A DNA stretch of 64,000 nt from a virus (IMGVR_UViG_3300029522_000074); one strand, 5' to 3'; positions 1-10,086 are shown, counted from the first letter of the stretch. Translations and numbers: made by a program. Notes: a model not told the origin generated them from the sequence alone.

Positions 1-18
1 TGGGTGCTTTCTTGAATA

Positions 19-234
19 TTATAATTCTTCTAAGTCTGCAAGATTATGTCTGAATCTTGTTCGACTATTGGTTTTACTGTCTACAACAGTATATTTCCCT
101 TTCTCTTCATTGATATAGAATCCATCTTTGTTTACTTTTGATGTTTTCCATTTATAGCCTTCGTTTTCACATTCTTTCCATGCCACCTTTTCGGCATTTA
201 CTGAATACTGCCTTTTAAGTTCTTCTTTGTTCAT
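19..234 (-). CDS. Hypothetical small phage protein (about 71 aa)
   Basis: ORF track 19..276; GGAGGG RBS places the start at ATG 234 (MNKEELK...). Confidence 0.6.
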   Translation of the reverse strand: MNKEELKRQYSVNAEKVAWKECENEGYKWKTSKVNKDGFYINEEKGKYTVVDSKTNSRTRFRHNLADLEEL

Positions 235-286
235 AGTATTAACCCTCCTATATAATTTATATTTTATTTTCGACATTAAATGTCAA

Positions 287-360
287 TGTGCTTGTAGGAA
301 TCGAACCTACTGATAAGTATAATGTTGTTAGCATTATATTATTCACCACATATAAGCACA
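287..360 (-). tRNA. tRNA-like element / degenerate tRNA (anticodon loop CT-AAC-AA, nominally Val), D-arm not canonical
   Basis: Minus strand: acceptor TGTGCTT/AAGCACA, T-arm GTAGG-TTCGATT-CCTAC, stem TATAATG/CATTATA around a 7-nt loop; no clear D-stem, no CCA. Confidence 0.55.
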
Positions 361-1540
361 AATAAGATAAGTAGCCCTCACATCCTCTGTTATATATTCA
401 CTTATTTCCTATTAGGTAGACCTCAAACATTAAATGGTATATTCACTTATTACTTATCATCAGGTGACTAACCCTTATGCAGTCAACAGTTTATTATTTT
501 AATTCGCTCCAACTGTTACGAATACCTTACACTGTTTTATACAAACCGATTGCAAGACATACGGTTTTATCAGTGACATTATTCTCGAACTGATTACAGA
601 ATATACTATCAACCTAGTTACACTAGACAGTAGGATTTATAGGCAGGGATTGTACTGCTCATACCTCATACACGAATGTAGATAGATACATTCAACATTA
701 GTGTTACCACTAATTCTTGTGTATTGTTCCACTAGCAACTTTTCAAATAACCAAGCATAAGTTTTCATCGTTTTACCGAAACGCCAGTCGCTAACTATAT
801 ACTGAGCTATCGAATCATTGTTAATTTTTATGATAGTGAATTGTGTCAATCACTCACTATATTTGTACCAAGATGCTATGTGATAGTGTTTACACACTAT
901 GTATTATGTACTTGCCACCAGCCACCACTTTTCATGCGCTGTTCACCAAGTTTTCCCGAATATAGAGTTTATATTCGCTGACCTAGCCACTTGGGAGTGC
1001 TCCGTAACACCCTTGTCAGCCCTATACGACATCTCCTCGTTTATGGTTCTCGCAAACCACACCCTTGACCGTTCAATCATATGTATTCTTGTAGTGTTGT
1101 GCTGATAGTTTAGAGCAGAACATCTACTTGTCCACAAAACCTGAAGTCTATCGTCACCTACTTATTAACGCACACCTCCTAACTAGGTTGTATTTTGTGT
1201 AAGTGTATTGATGTCGTGTGTAGGTTAATCACACTAGAATACACATACAGTAACCTTTATGCATTGCGTCTTTAAATTTTGGGTGACTTTAATAGACCGT
1301 TTGGGAAGAACTGTCGTACTTCTACGGCTTATCACGGTTTTATTTGTATTGTGTTTAATGTTATGTATTTTTATTGACTTATGGGTTGAGTAAAAAAGAA
1401 CCCTATCTTGACGAAAATGTAAGTCAAAAATAGGGTTGATGATGGAGAACCCATCACAAAATGATGATGTAGATTTTGTGACCTACCCACTCAAAGAGTG
1501 GGTAACGCACTAGGCTTGACACGGTTTATACTCGCCTAGT
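361..1540 (-). ncRNA. Candidate large structured ncRNA(s), family unknown
   Basis: No convincing ORF over 1.2 kb; dense inverted repeats, e.g. TACCCACTC/GAGTGGGTA, CACAAAAT/ATTTTGTG, AACCCTAT/ATAGGGTT, ACTAGGC/GCCTAGT, CGAATATA/TATATTCG, minus-strand GGTTT-GCGA-GAACC. Confidence 0.45.
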
Positions 1541-1544
1541 CGAG

Positions 1545-1973
1545 TTATTTAGCCATACGGCTCTGCTGATTATCCATGAACTTTGTAGCATCTTCGGCAG
1601 ACTTGAACTCGTAAATCTGCACATACTTGTCATCCTTTGCAAGTGCGTCATATGTCTTGTTGCCCTTGCCAAGCTTAGTTGCACCAAAGTCTTCGGTCGC
1701 AGACATCTTGATGGCAAACCTAGCCTTGCTTGACAGAAATGCACCCTTGACTGTACGGACGAACTTGCCATCGCACTCAAGAGAGCCGACAATCCGTGTA
1801 GACTTCTTAGATGCTGTCTTAGGCTCTGACTTAGGTGTTGTGTCTTTAGGTGTCTCTGTCTTAGGCTGTTCAACTGCTCCAAGTCCTAAGAGTTTAGCGA
1901 TTTTCTGTGCTTCTGTAGCGTTAATCTGATAAGCTACTCCATTAACGATAACTGCATTCTTTAATTCTTTCAT
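1545..1973 (-). CDS. Hypothetical Lys-rich protein with a PK/T-rich linker
   Basis: ORF track 1545..1982; GAAAGG RBS before ATG 1973; more GC-rich than neighbours. Confidence 0.75.
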   Translation of the reverse strand: MKELKNAVIVNGVAYQINATEAQKIAKLLGLGAVEQPKTETPKDTTPKSEPKTASKKSTRIVGSLECDGKFVRTVKGAFLSSKARFAIKMSATEDFGATKLGKGNKTYDALAKDDKYVQIYEFKSAEDATKFMDNQQSRMAK

Positions 1974-2199
1974 AATTACCAACCTTTCTGTCTCATCTTA
2001 GAGACTTAAAAAAATATTTTTTGTTCACTGAACTGCTCGTCAGCCGTTCAGCTTGGCTACACCTTATCACAAAAAAATTCTGCTTGTTTCGGTGCAAAAC
2101 TTCCAAAAATGCTTATTTTTCGTGGTTTTGAGTATGGCGAGAATGGGGGTGGCAAAAACGGATTAAACCCTTATGAAATGTAAAACCAGGTATAGCAGG

Positions 2200-2990
2200 T
2201 TTATTTACACACCAAGTCAAAAAATTTTTTATTAAAAATAAATTATCTTATTCTCAATCCATTAAATCCCCAATAAAATCAAGCAAAATCCCAATTTTCC
2301 CATCTCAAATCCCATATCGTACCCCATATCGCTCAAACCTACTAACCAAGCCACTTTCACCCATCTTACAACCCAAAAATCAAACTTTCATTTCATCAAA
2401 AATTCACTCACAAATCCAAAATTATCCTTATTTATAAGCACTTTTACCGATAACCATTTTTAATCCAGAATCATCATTATAATCAATTACATAAATCATA
2501 AATCTCTAATCAACAATAAGGGGGCTACATAAAAACCACATCAAAAAATCTAAAATTACCTATATACATCACAAAAACAGCCAAAAAAATCCAATACAAA
2601 CCATAAAAAAATCCTACTATAACAATACCAAAAATCCCACATCTCATCTAACCTCTTTATCACGCTCATATACAGCCTTTTCATTTCGCCCTATCATTAA
2701 CACCTAAAATCATTTTTACCCACCTAAATGCTCAAAATACAAGGTCAATTTTTTACATCACCAAAATTACATTAACTATCTATATACATTCACATACATT
2801 TACTATAAATAATATTATTAATTCTTGCACCTATACAAAAATCCACTGTCACAGCTCAAATTTCAATTTTTACTCTCTACCCTAACAACTAACCACTTAA
2901 TACATAAAAATCCAAAATAGACTCAAAATCATTAATTTTTCGCCTTATATCCCATGTAAAGAATTTTATATCAGAACAAATTTAAAAAAG
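2200..2990. other. Strongly G-depleted A/C-rich non-coding spacer between divergent gene blocks
   Basis: G is rare on the + strand for about 800 nt; no ORFs; genes point away on both sides. Confidence 0.6.
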
Positions 2991-3035
2991 AGAATATAAA
3001 ATTGTATAAATCACATTTCTAAGGAGGGTTTACAA

Positions 3036-4010
3036 ATGAATACATATTTAATACCAACAACGGCAGCATATTGTTATGAACCATATGATTACATTTATTT
3101 TGTTTATGCTGATACACCACAAGAAGCTTATATAAAAGCATGTACTAAATTACAAGGAGAATATATACCACTTGAATCACAAGAATATGAATCATATCCA
3201 TTTAAATTGTACAAGCCAGATGATACAACTATTTTTCCATTCCATGAATCAAGAAAATATGATATACTTGCAGAAGCATTTAAAAATACAGAAGGAGCAG
3301 AATATATGGCGTATTTCAATGTAAACTGGAATGATTATATAGAAGATATAATTAAAATAGCAGATAAAGAAAATTGGTCTAATGATACATACCCTAATAA
3401 TAAAATTCTTACAAATTATATGGTTCACACATATAAAAAATTATCTTCTGAAAAGAACGTAATTATTAATAATGAATATGCACTATTTAACACAGGACTT
3501 TTTACCGAATTCTATCAACCAATATACGCATATCAAGATAAAAGCAAAAATGGATTAAAGTTTCTTACATCATATGATTTAGGAAATATGAATATTTCTG
3601 ATCGCCCACCAAGAGCAAATTATTTTGATGATCCATCTCTCTTATTATTTGATTGGCACTACGAAATAAACATTAATTATAAACATATATTGAAAGATAT
3701 TAATAATATTGAAAGAATTCCCGAAAAGCTTAAAGATAGCAAAAATATTCTTAACAATCTCAATGGTTCAATAGAAACTATGAAGAAGCGAGTATCAGCT
3801 AATTATAAATTGGCAATACCACAATATTATGAAAATAAGATTCAGTTGTTACTTCCATTATGCTTAGAGGATGATACTACTCCATCATTAGCTTTAACCG
3901 TAACTAAAGTAGGAAATTATTATCAAGGTCACACATGTTTAACACTTGATATGGCATATAATAATGCTCGTCTTATTGCAAAACCAGAATCTAACTGGTT
4001 ATCAATATAA
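3036..4010 (+). CDS. DUF3825-domain protein
   Basis: C-terminal AIPQYY..KIQLLLPLCL...TCLTLDMAYNNARLIAKPESNWL signature; AAGGAGG RBS. Confidence 0.75.
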   Translation: MNTYLIPTTAAYCYEPYDYIYFVYADTPQEAYIKACTKLQGEYIPLESQEYESYPFKLYKPDDTTIFPFHESRKYDILAEAFKNTEGAEYMAYFNVNWNDYIEDIIKIADKENWSNDTYPNNKILTNYMVHTYKKLSSEKNVIINNEYALFNTGLFTEFYQPIYAYQDKSKNGLKFLTSYDLGNMNISDRPPRANYFDDPSLLLFDWHYEININYKHILKDINNIERIPEKLKDSKNILNNLNGSIETMKKRVSANYKLAIPQYYENKIQLLLPLCLEDDTTPSLALTVTKVGNYYQGHTCLTLDMAYNNARLIAKPESNWLSI

Positions 4011-4031
4011 ATCAAATAAATATAAAAAATT

Positions 4032-4062
4032 AACAGGCGGTAATTAAGCTGTCTGTTTTTTT
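4032..4062 (+). terminator. Rho-independent terminator
   Basis: AACAGGCGG-taattaag-CTGTCTGTT followed by a T-run. Confidence 0.7.
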
Positions 4063-4204
4063 ATTGCATAAATTTATATTATTCTCCACTATTCTATTTA
4101 AAAATTCATAAATTCAAATTCATATAAGAGAATAATCTATTGTAAATAATCATCACACCACTCTTGCCAAACAAAAAATAATAAATTTTAAAGGAGGACT
4201 CATT

Positions 4205-4298
4205 ATGGGTGGGTAACTTAACATTAATTACAACAGAAACATTTAATAACTTATCATGTAACTTTTATAGAAATATATTTGATGAATTAGCATATTAA
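4205..4298 (+). pseudogene. Frameshifted remnant resembling the N-terminus of a Bro-N/antirepressor-like protein
   Basis: Strong AAGGAGG RBS then ATG-GGT-GGG-TAA; removing the duplicated GGGT gives MGNLTLITTETFNNLSCNFYRNIFDELAY*. Confidence 0.4.
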
Positions 4299-4598
4299 AT
4301 CACTTCTCAATCTATTTAGGGAGAAAAAATCACACCTCACAGAAAAAATTAGCCACTTTTATCTCATACCCTTATAAGTTATCACCTAAGACATAAAAAT
4401 TGAAATTCACCCTCAAAATCGTTAATTTACTCCACAGATAGGGGGTATGAGAAAACTATATACAAGCTCAAAAAGATAGTATGTGCGTAAGCACAAGATG
4501 TAGCCCTTTGATAAGGGCGGTCTTTTCGCAGCGTTAGCAAGAAAAGAACATCTGTGGGATAGACAATTGAAGAGAATAATATATCAAAGGAGTAATCT

Positions 4599-4994
4599 AT
4601 GATACAAGATGATATATCAAAATATCTTAAACAAAAAGAAAGCAATATTTCAAAGAGCAATCGCAAATCAAGGCACAAACATCAATATAAAGAATGTTTA
4701 ATTCAATTTCCGATTGCATTTACAGGGAAAACATTCATAAACACAAAGTTATATGGATATTGTTCCATCTGTGGAAAAATAGGTTCAGTTAAGAATGGAA
4801 AATTTAAAGCTGAATTAGAGCAATTAGAAAAATCAAGACAAGGTAACAATAGTTTTCTTATTGCTATATCAGGTTAAAAAATATATGAAAGATATCATAA
4901 TAAGTTACCTATATTTTTTATTGAAGATTCATTTGCTGATTATGTTGTTTTAGAAAAAGAGAATAATACAGAGAATAATTCAAAAGGAGAATGA
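4599..4994 (+). pseudogene. Hypothetical CxxC protein interrupted by an in-frame TAA at 4875-4877
   Basis: Frame stays open for 38 more codons after the TAA and ends at the RBS of the next gene. Confidence 0.5.
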
Positions 4995-4998
4995 TATT

Positions 4999-5205
4999 AT
5001 GAAAAAATCAATTTTATTTAAAAGAACAAGAAAATCCGTTGCCAAGAAACTATCTAATCATATTTATATAGATATTATTAATAGCCATGATACAAAATTA
5101 ATAATAGATAACTTCACATTATTAGAACTTATTTATATTGAAAGAGCATTAAAGAAATTGGATTCTATGTCAGAAGAAGAAATTCAAGAATTAAATATAG
5201 AATAA
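4999..5205 (+). CDS. Hypothetical protein
   Basis: ORF with AAGGAG RBS. Confidence 0.6.
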   Translation: MKKSILFKRTRKSVAKKLSNHIYIDIINSHDTKLIIDNFTLLELIYIERALKKLDSMSEEEIQELNIE

Positions 5206-5212
5206 TTTCACA

Positions 5213-5458
5213 TAGGTACATCTCATATGTACCCAAATGAAAACGTTAATCAAAAACACCATGTACCTAAACCAATCAATAACAATCAAACAAAAAATTA
5301 TAGAGCTTGTATGAAGCGTAAGCGAAATACAAGCGTAATATTCTTCTCTTGATAATATGAGTCTATATAGATATTGACCTACACAAATCCACACCTGACA
5401 TGTACCCAAATGAAGAAAATTTTTACTTTTGGGTACGTCATACATGTACCCAAATGAA
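5213..5458. repeat. Iteron/parS-like repeats ATGTACCCAAATGAA
   Basis: Exact copies at 5227, 5400 and 5444; variant at 5261; inverted partial copies at 5213 and 5428. Confidence 0.75.
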
Positions 5459-5595
5459 TTTTTGACAATTTCATATAAATGCAATTTTTAATGTTTGTGC
5501 GAATTCAAATGGAGAATATACTATTAAACCACTTATTACACACTCTCGCACAAAATTGTAACTGTAAATTATGTTTTAGAAGAAAGGATTTTAAA

Positions 5596-6543
5596 ATGCA
5601 ACAGAAAGAATTAAAAATTGATCCTGAATTAAGGGATTTACTACCACCACTTACAGGTGATGAGTACAAACAACTTGAAAAGAATATTGTAGAAAATGGA
5701 TTTGATAAGAATTTTCCTATTATGGAATGGCATGGTTATATTGTAGATGGTCATAATCGCTACTCTATTTGCAAAAAACACAATATTGATTATGTTGTTG
5801 GTACTCTTGGATATGAAACAAAAGATGAAGTTATGGAATGGATGTTGGATATTCAGCTTGGCAGACGTAATTTATCACCTATTCAAAGAATTGCTGTAAC
5901 TGAGAAATATAGACCTATTTACGAGAAACAAGCAAAAGAGAATTCATTAAATAATTTAAAACAGAATCAAACTGCCGACAAGTCAAATTTGACCAATCGA
6001 GAATTTAAATCAACAAATAAGAAACTTGCAGATATAGCAGGTGTTAAACCAACTACATATAAGATGGGTGCAAAAGTTCTTAATTCAGATAACGAAGATT
6101 TAAAGCAGCGTGTTTTGTCAGGTGAAACTTCTATTAGTGCTGGTTATAAGGAATTACAGAATGAAAAGAAAAAAGAACAATTCTCTGATAATCAAAATGA
6201 AGAATATAATATTGAGCAACCAACTACATCATCTTCTATTGTTCAACCTTCTCAAAAAAATCAAGTCAGCGAAGAAGTAAGACAAATATGTGAAGACCTT
6301 AAAACCGAAAAGTCAAAAGAGTATCTTGATTCTATTTGGGATTATAAGATTGATATAATCGAATGTATGAATATTGGATTTGAAAGATTTTATGATGGGT
6401 TTGTTAGTATTCTTAGTGATATGGAAAATCGTGTAACCAAATCAGAATTAGATGAATGTATTGCCAATGCAGAGAATAATATAACGAAACTATTAACTGC
6501 TATTGAGTTAGCAAAAAAAACAACATTAAAAACGGAGGATTAA
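5596..6543 (+). CDS. ParB/Srx-like N-terminal domain protein with HTH
   Basis: LLPPL..DEYKQLE..I...G...PI....IVDGHNRY..C and GRRNL motifs; AAAGGA RBS before ATG 5596. Confidence 0.75.
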   Translation: MQQKELKIDPELRDLLPPLTGDEYKQLEKNIVENGFDKNFPIMEWHGYIVDGHNRYSICKKHNIDYVVGTLGYETKDEVMEWMLDIQLGRRNLSPIQRIAVTEKYRPIYEKQAKENSLNNLKQNQTADKSNLTNREFKSTNKKLADIAGVKPTTYKMGAKVLNSDNEDLKQRVLSGETSISAGYKELQNEKKKEQFSDNQNEEYNIEQPTTSSSIVQPSQKNQVSEEVRQICEDLKTEKSKEYLDSIWDYKIDIIECMNIGFERFYDGFVSILSDMENRVTKSELDECIANAENNITKLLTAIELAKKTTLKTED

Positions 6544-6546
6544 ATA

Positions 6547-7392
6547 ATGAAATTAAAAGACTTAGTAAAAGGAACAAAAGTAACAGACAATAAGATTGCA
6601 CATAAGGAAGTACCAATTGATAAATTGGATGCAATGCTTAATTATCAGAGAGATATTGATATGAAGCGTGTTGAAAGACTTAGTAGTGATGAGTATTTTG
6701 ATGAAAATGAGGTTGATGAAGTAAAGGTTAGCGTTAGAGAAGATGGTTCTATGAAAGTATGTGATGGTCAGCATACTATTGCAATTTTAAAGATGAGAGG
6801 ATGGACGACTGTACCGTGTGAACTTCGTTATGGTTTAACTATTGAGGAAGAGAATGATTGGTTTACCATAACTAATACAAAAGAAAAGCCACAGAATAGA
6901 AAACGCACACTTACATCTCAGATTAATGGTACATATGAAAAAAATAAGATTGAACAGGATTTTAATAATTGCATAAAAGCACTTGGCTTTAAGTTAGATA
7001 TTTTTGGAGAAGAACCAGGAAATGATTATAAAATTAAGTGTCCTGCAAAACTATTAGATATGTATAAGGAATATTCGTCAAGAAATGACGTAGATGGCTT
7101 TATTGAATGTATGGATTTAGTCAAGGGCTGTTGGAATGGAAATTCAAAATCATTGCAGTGGAATTATATTAGGGGAATGTTTGACTTTTATGAAACATAT
7201 AAAGGTATTTTTGACAATAAGAGACTTATTACTTCTGTCGGGAAAAAATCCCCATCTATCATTAAAGAAATTGCAGATAATGATAAATATACAAAGAAAC
7301 CATCTTTAAAATATGCAAAGATTTATGTAAATGAATACAATTCTGGTTTAAATAAGAACAAAAGATTAAAAATGTCCTTATTAGAAGATTAA
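6547..7392 (+). CDS. ParB-like (DUF6551 / DGQH-type) protein
   Basis: YQR and VCDGQHT motifs; GGAGG RBS. Confidence 0.65.
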   Translation: MKLKDLVKGTKVTDNKIAHKEVPIDKLDAMLNYQRDIDMKRVERLSSDEYFDENEVDEVKVSVREDGSMKVCDGQHTIAILKMRGWTTVPCELRYGLTIEEENDWFTITNTKEKPQNRKRTLTSQINGTYEKNKIEQDFNNCIKALGFKLDIFGEEPGNDYKIKCPAKLLDMYKEYSSRNDVDGFIECMDLVKGCWNGNSKSLQWNYIRGMFDFYETYKGIFDNKRLITSVGKKSPSIIKEIADNDKYTKKPSLKYAKIYVNEYNSGLNKNKRLKMSLLED

Positions 7393-7411
7393 CATAGTGA
7401 GGTGATACGTC

Positions 7412-8197
7412 TTGCCAAACTATGTAAAAATTCCACGAGAAATCATCTATGATAAAGATCTCTCATCTAAGCGTGTAATAATCTTCTCATATCTTTGCAC
7501 AAGACGTTCACTTGATGACACGGTGGCATTTTCTACAACAGAACTTTGTCACTGGTCTAAACTGAAACCTAATTACAGAGATGGGAAAATAAATCAAAAA
7601 TATTATGAAGTTCTATTACTTCTCTCTCATTATGGATATTTTGAATCATGTCCTGATTTTGAGAAGTGTCTAAAAGAAAACACCAATTCGGTGAAATATC
7701 AGCAAGTACAACTAAATATTGAAAAATTCGATGTGCCTGATAATTTTGGAATCATTTATTTTGATGAATTGGATAAAATATTGAATTTTAAGGAAGAGTT
7801 AAAAGGTAAAAATATAGACCTTGCGAGAATGTCATCTGCTTATATCTTACTCTTACTTTCCTATATTCGTGTCAATTTGAATCGTATAGAAGATAAACCC
7901 CTCTGTTGCTATCGGTATTTCAAAACGATTTCAGAAGATATTGGACTTTCTGAGAGATATATAGGACGCATAGTTGATATTTTGGAAGAATTAAAAATTA
8001 TAAAATGTCAACCTATGAAGAGAGAAAAATATATTAAAGATGGGAAAGAAAAATATTTAACTACTCCAAAGGTATTTGTTGATTATAGACATTTTATAAA
8101 TGATGAGCATGGTCAAAGAATTGATAATAAATATGATCCATGTGAGGAAATCAAAAAACAAATAGAGATTTTGGAGAACAATAAGTTAAGAACATAA
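7412..8197 (+). CDS. HTH-containing DNA-binding / putative replication protein
   Basis: TTG start after GAGGTG; HTH-like FKTISEDIGLSERYIGRIVDILEELKII. Confidence 0.55.
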   Translation: MPNYVKIPREIIYDKDLSSKRVIIFSYLCTRRSLDDTVAFSTTELCHWSKLKPNYRDGKINQKYYEVLLLLSHYGYFESCPDFEKCLKENTNSVKYQQVQLNIEKFDVPDNFGIIYFDELDKILNFKEELKGKNIDLARMSSAYILLLLSYIRVNLNRIEDKPLCCYRYFKTISEDIGLSERYIGRIVDILEELKIIKCQPMKREKYIKDGKEKYLTTPKVFVDYRHFINDEHGQRIDNKYDPCEEIKKQIEILENNKLRT

Positions 8198-8363
8198 AGA
8201 GATACTGCCACTTACGACAATATCTCTTTACCATAAATTTGCGCAATGAGTGTTACACTAAACACTCTAATTTGCAGTGAGGCTTCTAATTCACTGGTGA
8301 ATTATTGTTAAAAAAGTTACTATAAGAAATGAATACAATAGTAATTCACGTACCTACTATATC

Positions 8364-8525
8364 CTATTTCTTATATGATATGCCATTTTTCGTGATGGCG
8401 ACACGTTCTTTTCCTGAAGTTACAAGTAGCTTCAATTCTTTATACCGTGTAAAACACTTAACACAATATTTAACAAGATTCAAAACTGCGATTATAACAG
8501 CTGGTGTAAGAATAATGATTAGCAA
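8364..8525 (-). CDS. 53-aa small membrane peptide, type I toxin-like (below ORF-track cutoff)
   Basis: AAAGGAGGA RBS, TTG start; MLIIILTPAVIIAVLNLVKYCVKCFTRYKELKLLVTSGKERVAITKNGISYKK. Confidence 0.6.
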   Translation of the reverse strand: MLIIILTPAVIIAVLNLVKYCVKCFTRYKELKLLVTSGKERVAITKNGISYKK

Positions 8526-8542
8526 TATCTACAATCCTCCTT

Positions 8543-8602
8543 TCATAATAAGACACTATTAAAATAGGAAAGATTATAGATTTCACTATTTTTAATGTGC
8601 AT
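8543..8602 (-). CDS. 19-aa leader ORF whose stop abuts the RBS of the 53-aa peptide
   Basis: GGAGGTG RBS; MHIKNSEIYNLSYFNSVLL*. Confidence 0.4.
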   Translation of the reverse strand: MHIKNSEIYNLSYFNSVLL

Positions 8603-8840
8603 AATCACACCTCCGTACCTGATATAAGAATCAGTCGTGACTTTAGTTAATGAGTTACAAGTGTATATACACATCTTAATGATTATACCATATCAGTGAA
8701 TTAGAACAAACCCTCATATTTTAATTTTTTAATAAAACCCTTTTGCAATAAGGGAATATATAAAAGTAACACATAAACCGTATCACACTATATATAAAGG
8801 AGCGATGATATGAACTATTTAACAAGGAGAACAAATATTT

Positions 8841-9092
8841 ATGACAAAGGAAACAGAAAATCATGTAGCAAGAAGAACAATGGAACTTAAGAGAAAGAAT
8901 AAGCTTGTATGCTATCCCAAGCTAGTCGAATCAGATTTCGGTGGCTGTGGAGTTAATATTGCCAGTCGTATAGCGGCAGATTTTAAGTTTGATGAAACCA
9001 AAAAGAGAGAATGTACAACTAGAGATTATAACAAAAAGCTTAAGGCTTGTGAAGAAAGACAAAATTTAAAGGAGGAAGCGGTACATGCTTAG
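8841..9092 (+). CDS. Hypothetical protein
   Basis: ORF with AAGGAG RBS. Confidence 0.65.
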   Translation: MTKETENHVARRTMELKRKNKLVCYPKLVESDFGGCGVNIASRIAADFKFDETKKRECTTRDYNKKLKACEERQNLKEEAVHA

Positions 9093-9423
9093 ATACGAAA
9101 TTATTGCTAATGTTGGTATTAGCGTAGACTTACATAATAATTACACAGTGGTTACCTTGGCAAAATGGAATAAAGAGAAAGAATCTTATTTAGCTACTTT
9201 CTACATTAAACAGACAGATATTGACCATTTAGATCTTATGGATGACCAGATTGAAATAGAGTTTTCTTCTGAGATAAAAACAATCAAGAATGATTTAGTG
9301 AAATATATTGAAATGCTTATAGAAAGAGGAATTATTCAGAGATATATGGACAGATACAAATATGAACTTGATTGTATTGATAGAGGAACTGCTATGTTTG
9401 AGTTAGAGAGAAATGTTAAGTAA
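9085..9423 (+). CDS. Hypothetical protein
   Basis: ORF overlapping the upstream stop; GGAGG RBS. Confidence 0.7.
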   Translation: MLRYEIIANVGISVDLHNNYTVVTLAKWNKEKESYLATFYIKQTDIDHLDLMDDQIEIEFSSEIKTIKNDLVKYIEMLIERGIIQRYMDRYKYELDCIDRGTAMFELERNVK

Positions 9424-9829
9424 ATCAGATTATAGATATTTTAAAAAAGCTAAAATGGCTGCTACCATCTCGGATTATAAAAAAACACATATAGGGTGCA
9501 TAGCCGTTTACCAAGGAAATGTAATAGGAATTGGTTGTAATACAATTAAAACGCATCCTATTCAAAAATATTATAACAGATATAGAAATTCATGGAATAA
9601 GAATGGTATTAAACCGACTTTACATGCTGAAATCAATTGTCTTAATTCTATCCGTCATCTGGATATAAATTTCCAAAAAGTAAAATTATATATTTTTAGA
9701 ACGAGATTAGACAGAGAATTTGGTATGTGTCGTCCATGTCCAAGTTGTATGGCAGCGATTAAAGATTTAGGGATAAAACATATTTACTATACAAGCAACG
9801 ATGGATATTCCTATGAATGTATAAATTAA
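9413..9829 (+). CDS. Cytidine/dCMP deaminase-family Zn enzyme
   Basis: HAE and PCPSC zinc-binding motifs. Confidence 0.8.
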   Translation: MLSKSDYRYFKKAKMAATISDYKKTHIGCIAVYQGNVIGIGCNTIKTHPIQKYYNRYRNSWNKNGIKPTLHAEINCLNSIRHLDINFQKVKLYIFRTRLDREFGMCRPCPSCMAAIKDLGIKHIYYTSNDGYSYECIN

Positions 9830-9846
9830 AAAGAGAGGTTATATGT

Positions 9847-10086
9847 ATGTGCAACATTTGTGGCAATAATCCTTGTCTTATAAGATGTCCAAACTTTCAT
9901 CAGAAATATAATTACTTATGTTGCTATTGTGGTGGGGGTATTTTAAGTGGACAAGATTATCTGAGAAATTCAGAAGGACAATATATACATAGAGACTGTA
10001 TTCCATGTACTGATTATCTTATAGATTGGTTGGGATATCGTGTCGAAACAATGGACGAGGAGGATTATAAAGATGAGAATTATTGA
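9847..10086 (+). CDS. Small Cys-rich Zn-finger protein
   Basis: CNIC..CxxxCP, CCYC and HRDC motifs; GAGG RBS. Confidence 0.6.
   Translation: MCNICGNNPCLIRCPNFHQKYNYLCCYCGGGILSGQDYLRNSEGQYIHRDCIPCTDYLIDWLGYRVETMDEEDYKDENY

Noticed and set aside
637..1137. Short ORFs 637..849, 899..1105 and 943..1137
   Set aside because: Overlapping, no convincing RBS or protein features; the region is better explained as structured RNA
1526..1929. Alternative-frame ORFs 1526..1882 (-) and 1627..1929 (+)
   Set aside because: Shadows of the 1545..1973 gene
8329..8562. Plus-strand 77-aa ORF
   Set aside because: No SD; the minus-strand peptide with a strong SD and promoter is the better call
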